A DNA stretch of 57,077 nt, filler included, from Asterionella formosa (GCA_002256025.1; 6 parts of 6 records of this genome joined end to end with filler, not necessarily neighbours in it), one strand, 5' to 3'; counted from the first letter of the whole stretch, positions 1-11,481 are shown. Notes: generated from the sequence alone by a model not told the origin. Numbers and translations: made by a program.

Positions 1-463
1 GTTTTAGTTCATTCTTCACTTGGTTAACAGATATCCAAGGGAAAATGCATTGCTTAGCTGATACTGTCCTAGAAATAGCACCATAAGGCATTTTTCCACC
101 ATTGTTAGCCTTCTTAGCTTCTAGCTCCCTAATCACATTGTTAAGACAAATCTGAACACTGACCAACTCTTCAGGAGACAATTTCTTTCGAGGCAAGACA
201 TTGCCTTGTCGAGGCGCTTTCGAGGTCATGATGTTGGTATTGTGATGGGTGATGGGTGACTGTTGTGTGTTTGCATTTAATTTTTGTATTCATAATTCGG
301 GCGCGCCAGGAATTCCTAATTGACGTTTTCCATTAGTGAATTTATCTCTTTATTAATAGCGTGTCTTGTAAAATAAGTTCAAACCGTGCGTTTACTCCGT
401 TTAGCGGTGGCTTACAGTTCAAAAGTGGCCGTAGCGGTGGCTTACAGTTTTTAAGTGGTACTG
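1..463 (-). mobile_element. 5' end of a Tc1/mariner (pogo-like) DNA transposon, truncated at the contig edge
   Basis: On the minus strand TA (465-464) is followed by CAGTACCACTTAAAAACTGTAAGCCACCGCTA, a pogo-style TA|CAG terminus. A 30-bp-period subterminal repeat lies at 402-428 and 432-458, followed by an ORF running off the contig. Confidence 0.55.
2..229 (-). CDS. Putative pogo-like transposase N-terminus (partial, open to contig end)
   Basis: ATG at 229, 76 codons without a stop: MTSKAPRQ...KKANNGGKMPYGAISRTVSAKQCIFPWISVNQVKNELK. The NGG-x-PYG...FPW pattern recalls diatom DDE transposase N-termini; the catalytic domain is not visible. Confidence 0.5.
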   Translation of the reverse strand, partial: MTSKAPRQGNVLPRKKLSPEELVSVQICLNNVIRELEAKKANNGGKMPYGAISRTVSAKQCIFPWISVNQVKNELK

Positions 464-1580
464 TAAAACCTGCAAGTTGCGGTAATTTTGTTTCTTCGTG
501 TAGGTTGTGTACACATATACACATACATCCCCAAAACCGACAACTATGCGAAAAAAAATTATGAAACTTCTAGTGTTTCGTGTCCGCCGGCCATATTATG
601 ACAATTGGACAAAATTTGATTAATGCAGATAAATAAGGGCGTACAAAGTCGAGTATATGATGGATGGAGACGTGTGTGCACATCAGTTTTGAAGGCATTT
701 CGGAATTAATTTATATAAAACGCGCATTTGCACTATTATGGCCTTCGTTTTGGACCATTTTGGACTCCACACAGACTGTTTGGAAGGCATTTTGTGTCAA
801 GCACATTGACTTCATGGTGGGCGAGGCCAGGTCAATGATGAAAATGGCTCTGGGCTTCTAGCTAGAGAAATGTCAAACCATGCCAGGAAATCTTATAATG
901 CCCCTGCGCAATGACCCCCAAGAATGCATCAAACTGGGATTTTTGGAATGCAAGAAGGGTAAATTGTCACCAAATGAATGGAGGATGTTGAGTAAAACAT
1001 GCATAAATAAAATAGACAACAGGACTTCTTTACACCCTCGGTACATGTTACACTGTTTATGGAACATATTTTACATTTTGTATGGTGCAGCATAGTACCT
1101 GGTACATTTGGATGGTATATATTAAATTTTGATGGTGTATTGTTCATACTGCCATACCTGCACATGCTCTTTTTGGCCCAAAATCCCCGTCAATCAATCA
1201 TACAATCAACTTAGTGTGCCCTAATAGGGACAAAACAGGTTCTGATGGGTTAAGATCTTAGGGAAAATGTTAGTTCAAGCAAATCATGGACTCTACTTTA
1301 AGCAAAACTATCTTAAGCGAATCTACTTTAAGAAATTTCTTGCCTAAATTTGCCGCCCCACAGTTACACATTGCAAGGTCTGTATTTTCCCAAAATATTT
1401 TTATGATGTACTACCTAAATCAACAACACATTTACATAGAAGTAGGTAAAATAGTTAAAAGACAACTAAATAAAATAGTTCAAAGTAAAATTAGCTTCAA
1501 CCAATACAACCACTTATATGCTTAGATACAGAAATGCATTGGTCGACTTAAGCAGGGTATGTTCTATCTTCAGATGATAT

Positions 1581-1727
1581 CGTAAGGACATCATTTCTGG
1601 AGAGAAAGTACAGTCATGTATCGTAGATTCATAAATATCGCAAAAATACTCAAAAAGGGGGCTATCAAGATTTAAAAGAATCTACAATACATAACTGCAC
1701 TTTCTCTCCAGAAGTCAACTCCTGAAG
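1581..1727. mobile_element. MITE-like foldback element, about 145 bp
   Basis: Left arm taaggacatcatttctggagagaaagtacagtcatgtatcgtagattc; reverse complement of right arm tcaggagttgacttctggagagaaagtgcagttatgtattgtagattc. A related terminus occurs at 21709-21756. Confidence 0.75.
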
Positions 1728-2039
1728 TTATAGGTTACATGGCTATATATTATAATCTTCATGAAACCCTACAGATGCAGAGCAATTTTCCTTCAAAAAG
1801 TCAAACCGATAGGCTTTTTCAACTGTCGCCAAAATATTGGCATCGGAAATTGTACATGCAAAAACTTTCTTTGTAGACATCATAGGATTCTTGCGTTGGT
1901 ATGTTTACCTGCATTGCTGTTCACTATCCAAAAAGACTCCATGGTAAGTTCCCGCATCACTACACATATTCTGATTGGTTGAATTGAATTTACTCACCTG
2001 CTCCAGATTGATGGCTGGAGTATCCTGGTCTTGTAAAAT

Positions 2040-4610
2040 CACGCCAGTCACACTTGAACCACATGTATTAGATGCATCAGTAAGCTTTCATGTGTAATAG
2101 AAGGCATCCATGCATGGTTTGTCTTTTTTCGCCGTTGTTGTTTTTGGGCAATTCAATCAATGGATTTTGTAGTGGTAAACAATCCTTATAAGACCATTTA
2201 TAGTTAAGCTCTTATAGTTGAATTGTCATCAAAAACCATGGTAGTGTAGAAGACTTGATAGTTATCCACTGCCTTGATCACCATTTTAACCCTGCTGGCA
2301 TCAGATCCGATTGACTTGGAATTACCCAATTGGTGATTCTTAGGGCATACACGAGGCTCGGCTGACGCAAGCGGCCGTGCAGCATAGTCACAAGTGTTGC
2401 ATACCTTTGATTTTATGCAGTAGTCCAATATATTTTTTGAATAGCCCTTGATACAAAAAGTATTCCCGCTATTCGATTTATATTTATTAACACCGGAGCA
2501 TTGCTGCCAGCCCATATCAAAACTGACAGTAACAAGCCTTGGCACGTTTTCCGGGGTCACACGCCGTGCTTCTTCGCTATGGTTTGTCCACCAAGAATAT
2601 TCTTTCCCAATATTGGACCAAACATGACGTTCATGTACATGCAGAGTAAGATGTGCCTCCTCATTCATCGCCTTTCTCATTGAATGTTCTGTTACATTAA
2701 TTTTTACAACAACCAGCTGGAAAAGCTGGTCATTTGCTAGGAACAAAAACAATATGAGGCCTTCTTCATGGAGAAACACAACATAGGATTCCCATACAAC
2801 ATGATCGATTGGGTTGCTTTTTCCCAGGCATCTCAGACGAAAAGGGGATCCAAATGTGTGATGTTGTCGAAGTTCGTCTATGGATGGCTTCCAATGGGCT
2901 CGTGAAGAGCTCTCACCACCAAGTGGAGCTATGTGTGTCCCCAATGTCAAGTAGCATATGAGACAACAAACGAACAGATGCTAAAATGCCTTGCTCCAAA
3001 AATCAGCTACAACTGGGAGGTGAGGATAAATTTCTTCGAATCACAACTGAGGAAACTGAAATATGGCAACAACATCACGCCAATCTCGGCCCAATATATG
3101 ACGCACGTAATGAACACTCCTATGGATGATTTTCCGGAACATTATGTTCCAGGCACCACTCCTGGAGAAAAGTTTCAAATTAGAGCGGCTCTTCAACAGC
3201 AACGTCAAAGAGGTAGGATAACAATTACGGAGTACCTATCCAATCGATGGGGTTCAGCAATTCTCGAGGAATGGGAGGATACAATGGTCTGGATGGCACA
3301 CCATTTTGGTCCATTACACTTTTTGCACAAAGTTTCCGAAATGCACAATGAGTTAGTCCGGGGAATGCGTGATTGCTTCTTCAGACTAAATATCTATCAA
3401 AACAATCAATATTCATGTCAATTTTCTTTGCAAATTTGTAATGTCTATTTCTGACAGCATTGTTCATACAGTTTTTTGAGAACATTATGGATCTATTAAC
3501 AGCCTTTAAAGCCAAGGCAACAGTCCTGTTTATTTGCCTTCATTGGAGACCATGATGTACGATTTTAATAGTCATTGGGTGAGTTTGTACAAAAATAGGG
3601 ACAGATGGAAAAGAATTTGCTACTTTCGTCATGTTTGTTCTTATGTATCATGTTACACAATCAAATCAAATCGCTATTGAAGTAACAATATAATAGAAAT
3701 ATCACGCTAACAATCTATTTAATACAACTTCATAGAAGTGATTATAACTCTAGCTGTTGTTGGCTCTTGGCAGTGAGATCTTCTGGTGCCACTGCCATCA
3801 TGGCGCTTGCATGCTTGTCGGTTATTGTTTGTTGTTTGTAGCAGGCGCTTTGTGAAAGAAGTCTTTTCCTTGATTTCGTAGATGGCAGGAATGGCGCTTG
3901 TTTTATAATGGCATTGGATGCTTTAGGTGACACTTGTTGGTTGTTGGACAATGTGGTGCTTGCCACCTGTTAATTGGCAATTTTCGTCGATTTTGAATAG
4001 CTTCATTTTATTATAGACAACCCCTTGATTTCTTACAGGAAGCAAAATAGTTACATTCTTGGCATGAGATTTATGCACTTTGAGGTCAACAGCACTGTGG
4101 AAAAGTGTAGCAAAAGATCTCTGTTAGCAGTAGAATAATTGTCACTTGAATCAGGCTCATCATGTTGATGAAAATACCTTGTGGCTGTAATATAGTAGCT
4201 TCATCTTGATGAAATGACTTGTAAATGATGTATCTACTAGATCTAAAAGTCAGAAAAAATATGTTATTGTTTCTTCGCAATTTTCAACTTCCTCATCTCT
4301 CAGCCAATCCTGGTCACATTTCAGACTTAAGCTCGCTGTGCATACAATAGCTTTAGTCTAAAATGTGACTAGGATTGGCAAGCAAATGAAGCAAATCGTT
4401 TTCCGATCAACCCCTTATTTTTCCTTGCGTGCTCTTGATGGCTGTTGAAATTGCATCCCGAAGCCCTCTATTGCTTTCTTGTATCCTGTAAGGATACGTC
4501 AGGGACCAAATAGGCTGTAGATATGAACAACAATATTGCAGTAATCGATTGTTATCATTTCTCATAATTGTTTACAGCTACATAAAGTAATAACGTTTCG
4601 TCGCTGCCAT
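2040..4610 (-). mobile_element. Decayed Phantom/Mutator-like DDE transposase, interrupted by a LINE fragment
   Basis: 2204-2700 encodes VTEHSMRKAMNEE...LVTVSFDMGWQQCSG...YKSNSG...ILDYCIKSKVCNTC...CPKNHQLGNSKSIGSDA...YTTMVFDDNSTIRA. The upstream motif INRTVALAL lies near 3500-3535. Many stops and frameshifts; outer limits approximate. Confidence 0.75.
2703..3365 (+). mobile_element. Non-LTR retrotransposon (LINE) C-terminal fragment
   Basis: One frame reads MIDWVAFSQA...KFVYGWLPMGS*R...CPQCQVAYETTNEQMLKC...AALQQQRQ...YLSNRW...HNELVRG, matching the post-RT IDW / GWLP / CxxC-ET-H-LxC region of LINEs. One in-frame stop and loss of the knuckle His. Confidence 0.7.
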
Positions 4611-4884
4611 TGTTAGAGAAATTATTTTAGGAAAGAAAAAACCAGTCTACTAACTCGTACCCTGGTCCCGCTACCCTGGTACTAACTACCTGGTACTTCA
4701 CAATGATTATAACGTGTGTGCCAGTCGTATCATCAAATTAAACACGGCCTCCGCATTACAGACATCTTGCTTACAATGGTGCTCAAACCTGCAGTACTCC
4801 ATACTGCCGAAAATAGAACATAAAAACGGTAATAGAGTGCAAAAGACGTTCGACACACTCACAGCCCCCACCATTGCTTGAAGC

Positions 4885-5802
4885 ATGGTCAGAATAAATA
4901 GACAATCAAAAGCAGCAAGAAACAATCAAGAGATGGTTTTTGGAAGCATTTATGTTGTAGTCCTTATTCTTGTTGGATACGTTGCGCTTCGAGGAGATCC
5001 CGATGACGCGGCCCTTCGTCAACAAGCAGACGGTCGTAAGAAGCCTCAAATGGTGTCCCTGGTAGATCCTAATGAGAAACCAGCCGAAACTCAAGTGTTG
5101 TCTCAACGGATGACGCAATGTCCCTACACGACAATGGCCGATTTGTCAAACTTGGAACGCTACCCAGAGGCGGGAAGTCGACACATGATAGACCCGCCGA
5201 AAGGTGGTACAGTGACTCTTGTTTGCTGTCAATCAACAGCAGGAAATATGAATATTGCAGTTCATCACAAATGGGCTCCAAAAGGGGCTGATGGCTTCGT
5301 CACAATGGTCAAGGAAGGATACTTCTCTTCGCAGGTCCCGCTCATGCGATGTATTGCAGGTTTTCTTTGTCAATTCGGTTTATCAGGAAGCCATGAATTG
5401 AACAAAATATATGAAAATAGGAATCTGATGGATGATCCCAACTGGCTACCAGAGGGACCAACCCACAAGCAAAATAGCGCGGGAGTTAAGCGATTCGCGA
5501 AGGGATATATGGCCTATGCCGGCAGTGGGCCAAACTCGAGAGGGACGCAGCTCATAGTCAGCTTGGCAGACGTAGGACCATTGGCAGGAGGGAGTCCCTG
5601 GGAGGTCCCTTGGGGTGAATTGGTGGGTGCCCATTCTTTTAAAACTCTTGCTACGTTCTTTACCGGATACGGGGAAGATGGCCCGCCTCAAGCATTGCTA
5701 ATTAAGGAAGGCGCATCAGAGACTGTGCGAGCCAAGTGGCCACTCTTGGATTATATTACGGCATGTGAAGTCTTGGACCAAGAAATTCAAGTTGAAAAGT
5801 AA
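4885..5802 (+). CDS. Cyclophilin-type peptidyl-prolyl isomerase with N-terminal membrane anchor (copy 1)
   Basis: 305 aa, intronless. TM VFGSIYVVVLILVGYVAL; WAPKGADGFVTMV..GYF, LMRCIAGFLCQFG (catalytic R/F/Q), GYMAYAGSGPNSRGTQLIV. Confidence 0.9.
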   Translation: MVRINRQSKAARNNQEMVFGSIYVVVLILVGYVALRGDPDDAALRQQADGRKKPQMVSLVDPNEKPAETQVLSQRMTQCPYTTMADLSNLERYPEAGSRHMIDPPKGGTVTLVCCQSTAGNMNIAVHHKWAPKGADGFVTMVKEGYFSSQVPLMRCIAGFLCQFGLSGSHELNKIYENRNLMDDPNWLPEGPTHKQNSAGVKRFAKGYMAYAGSGPNSRGTQLIVSLADVGPLAGGSPWEVPWGELVGAHSFKTLATFFTGYGEDGPPQALLIKEGASETVRAKWPLLDYITACEVLDQEIQVEK

Positions 5803-6569
5803 AAAGTATACTCTATATATCAAAGTCTACAACTCCTCTCATAATGAAGTCACATTATATAGTTTCTTGACCAAGGTTCAAGCCAGACTACTCTACTCTA
5901 TTTATAGGCAAATTTCCTTTTTGACAAGCAGTACACAACGTGCTAAGTGCACCGACACTGGTGAGTTTACTCGCATGGTGAGGCGGAAGCAATCTCAATC
6001 TTGTGTCCGTGACGGCATGTTCCACAGATAACAGCACTAAGTAATGACGAGCGCGATATGTGCTGATGATTCTTCTTCTGTGTGAGAAATCCCGCATGAT
6101 AATAAGTGCATTGAGATTAAATCAAGCTTTGGGTGTCGAGTTCTATTTATCAGAACTCAATACCGGTATGCTACGGTGCAAATGCATCTATGGAGTTCGT
6201 GGTTCCACTAAATATCAAAGGGTTGGGGATATGGACTACCTGTATAGCTACGATTCATTACTGTATACTCATACTTAAGCAAAATAACAACTTCCAGCTT
6301 AGTACCCCAGGTAGTCTAGAACTCATTAGGTGCGTAAATACTGGTTCCTGGTTATTACAGGACGGTGCTTTGAAGGCAGAAAACATGAACCTTCTAGTAA
6401 AGCAAATTATGGGTCAATGGCCAGAAGCAATGTCAAATGATTCTTGGGCATCGGGACTTGAAAGTATGTTGGGATTGAAAAAACCCATTAGCGTACCAGG
6501 TAGGTAGCGGCATCCTTGGTAATGAATGAATGATGAGAACCGTCAAAACACCAACCAATATTACAAAAG

Positions 6570-7439
6570 TCATCTTGGAGGAATCATAGCTTCGTCGATC
6601 ACTTGGCATGATGTTATGTAGTCCAGTAGTGGCCATTTCTGCATCACGCTCTCGGATGATCCTTCTTTACTAAGTAGGCCTTGGGGCGGTCCACCTTCGC
6701 CGTACCCAGTATATATCTTGCCTAGGGTTTCAAAGGAATGAACTCCAACAAGCTCACCCCATGGCACCTCCCATGGACTTCCTCCTGCCAAAAATGGCTC
6801 GTCAACCAAGCTAACAATGAATTGGTTGGATCGACTATTCTTCCCCCCACCGGCATATGCCAAGTATCCCTTGGCAAATCGCTTCACCCCTTTTTCATTC
6901 ATTCGATGACTTGGTCCTTCTGGTAGCCAATTGGGATCATCGTCCAGGCGTTGGTTTTGATATCTCTTATTCAACTCTGGAGTTCCTGCAAGACCGAACT
7001 GGCATATAAAGTCCTTCAAGCATCTCATCAGCGCAACCTTCGAGGAGAAATATCCTTCCTGAACCAATTCCAGGAAATGAGCGGCTCCCACTGGAGCCCA
7101 GATGTGATGTACCGCCATGGTCATAGGACCCACTGTAGTTTGGCAGCATACGAGGGTGACTTTCCCTCCTCGAGGTGGATCCACCATGTGACGAATCCCC
7201 GCGGCTGGGTAGCGTTCTGCATCTGTCAAGTCGGAAAGGCTGGAGTATCTACAGGATGGCGCAGCTTCCTTGGTTGCTACTAGTATAGGTGCACGCTGTT
7301 TCGTAAGGCCGGATGAAGAAACACATGTTGTAACATAGGCAATAAATCCAAAGAGGAGCAAAGCAATGAAAGAAGCATAACGGCTGCTTCTGTCCTCCTT
7401 GTCGGCCCTACTTGCCGATTGCAATTGTATTTGCACCAT
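6570..7439 (-). CDS. Cyclophilin-type peptidyl-prolyl isomerase with N-terminal membrane anchor (copy 2)
   Basis: ATG at 7439 (MVQIQLQS, parallel to MVRINRQS of copy 1). TM YASFIALLLFGFIAYV; LMRCLKDFICQFG, GYLAYAGGGKNSRSNQFIV, SPWEVPWG. Confidence 0.9.
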   Translation of the reverse strand: MVQIQLQSASRADKEDRSSRYASFIALLLFGFIAYVTTCVSSSGLTKQRAPILVATKEAAPSCRYSSLSDLTDAERYPAAGIRHMVDPPRGGKVTLVCCQTTVGPMTMAVHHIWAPVGAAHFLELVQEGYFSSKVALMRCLKDFICQFGLAGTPELNKRYQNQRLDDDPNWLPEGPSHRMNEKGVKRFAKGYLAYAGGGKNSRSNQFIVSLVDEPFLAGGSPWEVPWGELVGVHSFETLGKIYTGYGEGGPPQGLLSKEGSSESVMQKWPLLDYITSCQVIDEAMIPPR

Positions 7440-7933
7440 GATTGGCACAAAGTAGATCACGGCAAGTGTGAAGTTCGAATACACCGTACCCCGTGCCACA
7501 GGCTACCGGTACTGGTGCTCCTTCCTGCGAGGTACCCCTGGTACCTGATGGCGATGACTAAGAAAGCAGCGTATAAATAACACGAATAATACCGGTACAA
7601 TCCATAGTGTCACATGTACGTAACCTCATAAACATACCGGATACCGGTGTGTGCAAGTCCCCTCGCTCAGGTAGAATAAAATTCTGTGTGAGGTTATATG
7701 CTCTGCCTGTGCGGAGCATCATATAACCGGTAGTGTGCGTTCGTGAAAGAATTCTGTGTTTCAAGTCAGGCAACAGGCACAGATGCGGGGGTAAGTATAA
7801 ACGAAAGGGTCATTCTGGCACACGAATCTATAATTAACAGGGTCAAAGATAACAAAGACTGTTTTTCACATTTCCCTATCGCAGCGAAACACATCACATC
7901 GCACCCTTCGATAACCCACCCATAACGAACAGA

Positions 7934-8536
7934 ATGCGCTCATTCCTCGTTTTCCTCGTTCTCTTGTTCGCCACTGTTTTTTCTCAGGAAGATGATGGTG
8001 CTGCTCCTTGCAATTGTGACGCCGCTGTCGCAGAAGCCGCGTCCCTCTCCAATCAGGCCAAGGCAACACTTGAGCACCAAGTTAGTGAACTTTCCAACAA
8101 GATCACTGCGACTGTTGAAGAGTTAACGCGCTGCCACAGCGACTCCGCCTCTAAATCGGTAATTCTAGTGACAGAACAAGAGGAACTGCAGACCAAGATT
8201 GCGAGTCTCCAAGCGGAAAAGGCTACTCTTGAGGCTACTGCTAACAAGGTACCGACACTTGAGGGGGAGCTGGCAACATTGAATAAGGAGTTGGAGGGAA
8301 AGAAGGCCGAGTTGGAATCTGCCAAGGTAAGCGCAGCAATGAGCGCGAAAGAAAATAAGGTCATGTTGGAAAAGGCGCAGACAATGGTGAAGGAAGCCGT
8401 AGAAACCCTGGCGTCTACTAAGGCAGAGCTGGCTGAACTTCAAGTCAAGTCAAGTGGATACTTCAACTTTGGAAAGGTCAAGGATGATATCATATCTTTC
8501 ATCAACAAGCTGACTGGAAAGTCTCCAGAACTCTAA
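7934..8536 (+). CDS. Secretory-pathway coiled-coil protein with a C-terminal xxEL ER-retention-like signal
   Basis: Signal peptide MRSFLVFLVLLFATVFS, CxC motif, long heptad-rich helix, ends KSPEL. Confidence 0.8.
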   Translation: MRSFLVFLVLLFATVFSQEDDGAAPCNCDAAVAEAASLSNQAKATLEHQVSELSNKITATVEELTRCHSDSASKSVILVTEQEELQTKIASLQAEKATLEATANKVPTLEGELATLNKELEGKKAELESAKVSAAMSAKENKVMLEKAQTMVKEAVETLASTKAELAELQVKSSGYFNFGKVKDDIISFINKLTGKSPEL

Positions 8537-8959
8537 ACGTCTTTTCGTCATGTGGATGTGTGCTGGTTTAACTTGTTCATGAATTTATAATATTCATTTT
8601 CAATAGTAGCAACACAAGTAGGACGTAAATCAGAAAGTCAGCATCAGTATTTTCTTCGTCGCACTCATATAAAACAAATTACGTGGTGTCTACTCATAGA
8701 CAATGGGCCGTCGTCCATTTAATCTTCGTCAAATGAGATCAATGGAAATGTGCACCTGCGTAATTGTCGAGGATGAGACCATTCGAAGGGGAGAAAATAA
8801 GATCGGCCCGACTAAGTAAGAGCAGCTGTATTGTGTGTAGCAAACAATGTGAAACTCATGCATATTTGGCCCGATCAGAGAGGAATGAATAAGCGAAGAA
8901 CGCTTTCGGACCTCACGTTTTGATTGCATTTCTGTTTAGTGCTGGGCTGTATACGAATT

Positions 8960-9319
8960 TCAAGTACGCCCTGTGTCACTCCACGTAATATGAAAGACGC
9001 CATCCGTCACGAGCTGGTCGTTACGGACTAAACCCAAATAAAAGTAGATCCAAGCTAAATTTCCTTTTTTTGTTTCTCGCTGTTCTCGTTTGTACAAAGT
9101 GCCTTCTCCTTCCACCTGATCCATGAGCTTTAAGATTCTGTCATCGATTTCGTAGACTTGCCCCGTCACCTCCAAGAAACCAGATTTCACCGCTGGATAC
9201 CAATCTAGCATATACAAATTGCAATTTGAAATGGTATCATCGCAAACAAATGTTGCTCCCTCCAGATGGTAATGCAATCTGCCACCACGTTTGAGGGTTC
9301 CATAGACGAACAACAGCAT
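8960..9319 (-). CDS. Gamma-glutamylcyclotransferase (AIG2/YtfP-like) family protein
   Basis: LFVYGTLKRG signature, YPA, VTGQVYEID...MDQVEG...Y, AWIYFY. Confidence 0.9.
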   Translation of the reverse strand: MLLFVYGTLKRGGRLHYHLEGATFVCDDTISNCNLYMLDWYPAVKSGFLEVTGQVYEIDDRILKLMDQVEGEGTLYKREQRETKKGNLAWIYFYLGLVRNDQLVTDGVFHITWSDTGRT

Positions 9320-9443
9320 GTCGGGTCGGATCTTCGAGGAAAATGATGTTGTTATAAAACTAAATACCTGTCGGAAGTCCCGGTACTGGTTGGTACTCCG
9401 TACCTGGTTCTGGTATAATTATCAAGGTGGAGGACTGATGTCT

Positions 9444-9543
9444 NNNNNNNNNNNNNNNNNNNNNNNNNNNNNNNNNNNNNNNNNNNNTTAATTAATTAAN
9501 NNNNNNNNNNNNNNNNNNNNNNNNNNNNNNNNNNNNNNNNNNN
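9444..9543. other. Artificial contig linker
   Basis: N44-TTAATTAATTAA-N44, giving stops in all six frames. Confidence 0.98.
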
Positions 9544-11481
9544 CCGTCTTTGTCAACCGTTTGTCAACCAACTCGTTTTTGGGACTTACGTATGCTCAGT
9601 TGCCATCAATTCTGCAGCTCAACTATGAAGCGTTGGCAGAGAATTCGAGTGGAATTGGAGTTGCAGGATCCAAACCTTTTCAAACGCCTTCACAGGATGA
9701 ATTAGCGCACCTCCAGATTATTTGTCAAAAATCTTATGATGCAGTTGATCTTGCTCTCAGTTCCAAACCAAAGGATTCAAATACATCTACACCTGTGACT
9801 TTTCCCATATCTCATGCTCCAGTTACCACAGCTCCAATTATCTCAGCACCAGTTACAGCAAAGCCAACTTCTGTCACAGCTCCAATTAGCATAGCACCAG
9901 TTACAGCCAAGCCAACTTCAGTCCCTGGCACTAACCAGACTGACTGTATTGATGACATGGACATGATCGTAACTTCACAGTTTATAAATGGTTCTGACAT
10001 TGGCATACCTACTGACAAACATCAAGTCTTCATCTTGTGTCCTAACACTGAGTTCCAGGTGGGATTCTATGATCAAACCACCGGTTATGTCATTCAAGGA
10101 CAGCAACCCCTGGCCATTCGTTCAAATATGACTATTCAGTGTGGTGAAGATGGAAAGAGTATCAACAACTGCAGCATCACCACTGGAGATATTGCCTTCT
10201 TTCTCGCCCCAGGTTTATTTAGGGATGATGTGGTGACAATTGAAAATGCTGTCCTTATGGGCATAACATTCTCTGAATCAATTAGGGAAATATACTTTAC
10301 AATCCAAGGCATGGGTGGTGACATCAATGTTATTGATTGCCGATTTTATGTAAGACAAGTGTTCAGTGTTGAGATTATTGCAGGATTTTTGTTGTCTAAC
10401 CATCCTTTGTATTTTTAGGGAGGGAATGTGAATACTTTTGTATCCCTATTTTCTTATTATCAAGACTTGAATGCTACTGTGCCTCCCTCTCGGCGACATT
10501 TGTACATTTCGACTGACAATCCTGGCAGAGGGTTGATCAGACGTATGAGAAATTTGGAACCAATAAGACCTAGATTAAGTACAGGTGGCACTTTTTTGAC
10601 AAACAGACATCTCCAACAGGACAGCTTTATTGTTCATCCATTGAATGTCACATTCACTGATTGTGTATTCGAGGTAAGACCCTGTTCTCAAATGCGAAAG
10701 ATGTTTGTTGCAATCATAACTAATGTCTTCGAAAACCAGAACAACTCAAACGTCCCACTCGACTTGAGCTCAGGTGACGACAGCAAGTTCATGGTGTATC
10801 TTGGTCTTGGTTTTGAAACAGTCATTTTTAAAAATACCACATTTCGAAATAATAGCTACGCTTTGGGTCTCACGGTAAGTTCGATGTATCCAATGTCGTT
10901 TTGCATCCATCTCCACACATTTTTCCTAACAAAATGATTATAAGGAAGGGAATGGTTTGATAACAGCACTGGCTGCATCATTGTCAGGGGGCAATATTGA
11001 ATTTTATAGTTGCAGTTTCATCAATAACAAGGTCATTGGCCCAGGTTATGCCATAACCACCAATGCAGAGTATCCGGCCAATGCTCGTCCTATTCTGGCT
11101 GTCGACACTTGTGCTCCTAAAAATTATGGTCAGGAATGTGAGTTTGCTTGGTATCCAGACGCTTTCTGGAATTCAACAACCGAAGTTTTCTTTTTTGGAA
11201 ATGTCACATGTATAAATGGAAGTAGTACCAAATCTTGTGAAGCATTGAGTTCCTCTCCCCCTACTGTGACCAGCAGTGCCGCACCATCGCCTGCTGCTCC
11301 GGTCACTTTGCCCCCTGATAAAACGCCAGCTCCAATTGACCCAAATTATTCGTCTGCACGTACCTTAAGCCCGACAATCTCTCGGACACAAGTGCCTGCA
11401 CCTCGCACATCTGCAGTAGCAACCATGATGCCAACAGCGACAGCTTTCCTTGCCATAGTGATTTTTGCTGTCTTTGTCTAA
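9544..11481 (+). CDS. 5'-partial multi-exon cell-surface/secreted protein with Pro/Thr linkers and hydrophobic C-terminus; exons <9544-10349, 10419-10673, 10740-10874, 10945-11481
   Basis: Three phase-0 GT-AG introns join the ORF-track pieces in frame. Contains a diatom-type ILCPNT...TIQCGEDGKSINNC module, CxF repeats, and a C-terminal FLAIVIFAVFV (TM or GPI signal). Confidence 0.75.
9828..9923 (+). repeat. Coding tandem repeat, 2 x 48 bp (TAPIxxAPVTAKPTSV)
   Basis: Units start at 9828 and 9876. Confidence 0.85.

Noticed and set aside
560..1253. Possible piggyBac-like remnant ending GGG|TTAA at about 1250
   Set aside because: No matching opposite terminus or recognisable transposase motif found.
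6133..6507. 124-aa ORF between the cyclophilins, and similar short or antisense ORFs elsewhere
   Set aside because: Non-ATG starts or antisense shadows of real genes, with no domain evidence.
9488..9499. TTAATTAATTAA palindrome recurring about every 9.5 kb
   Set aside because: Synthetic six-frame-stop spacer inside N runs.
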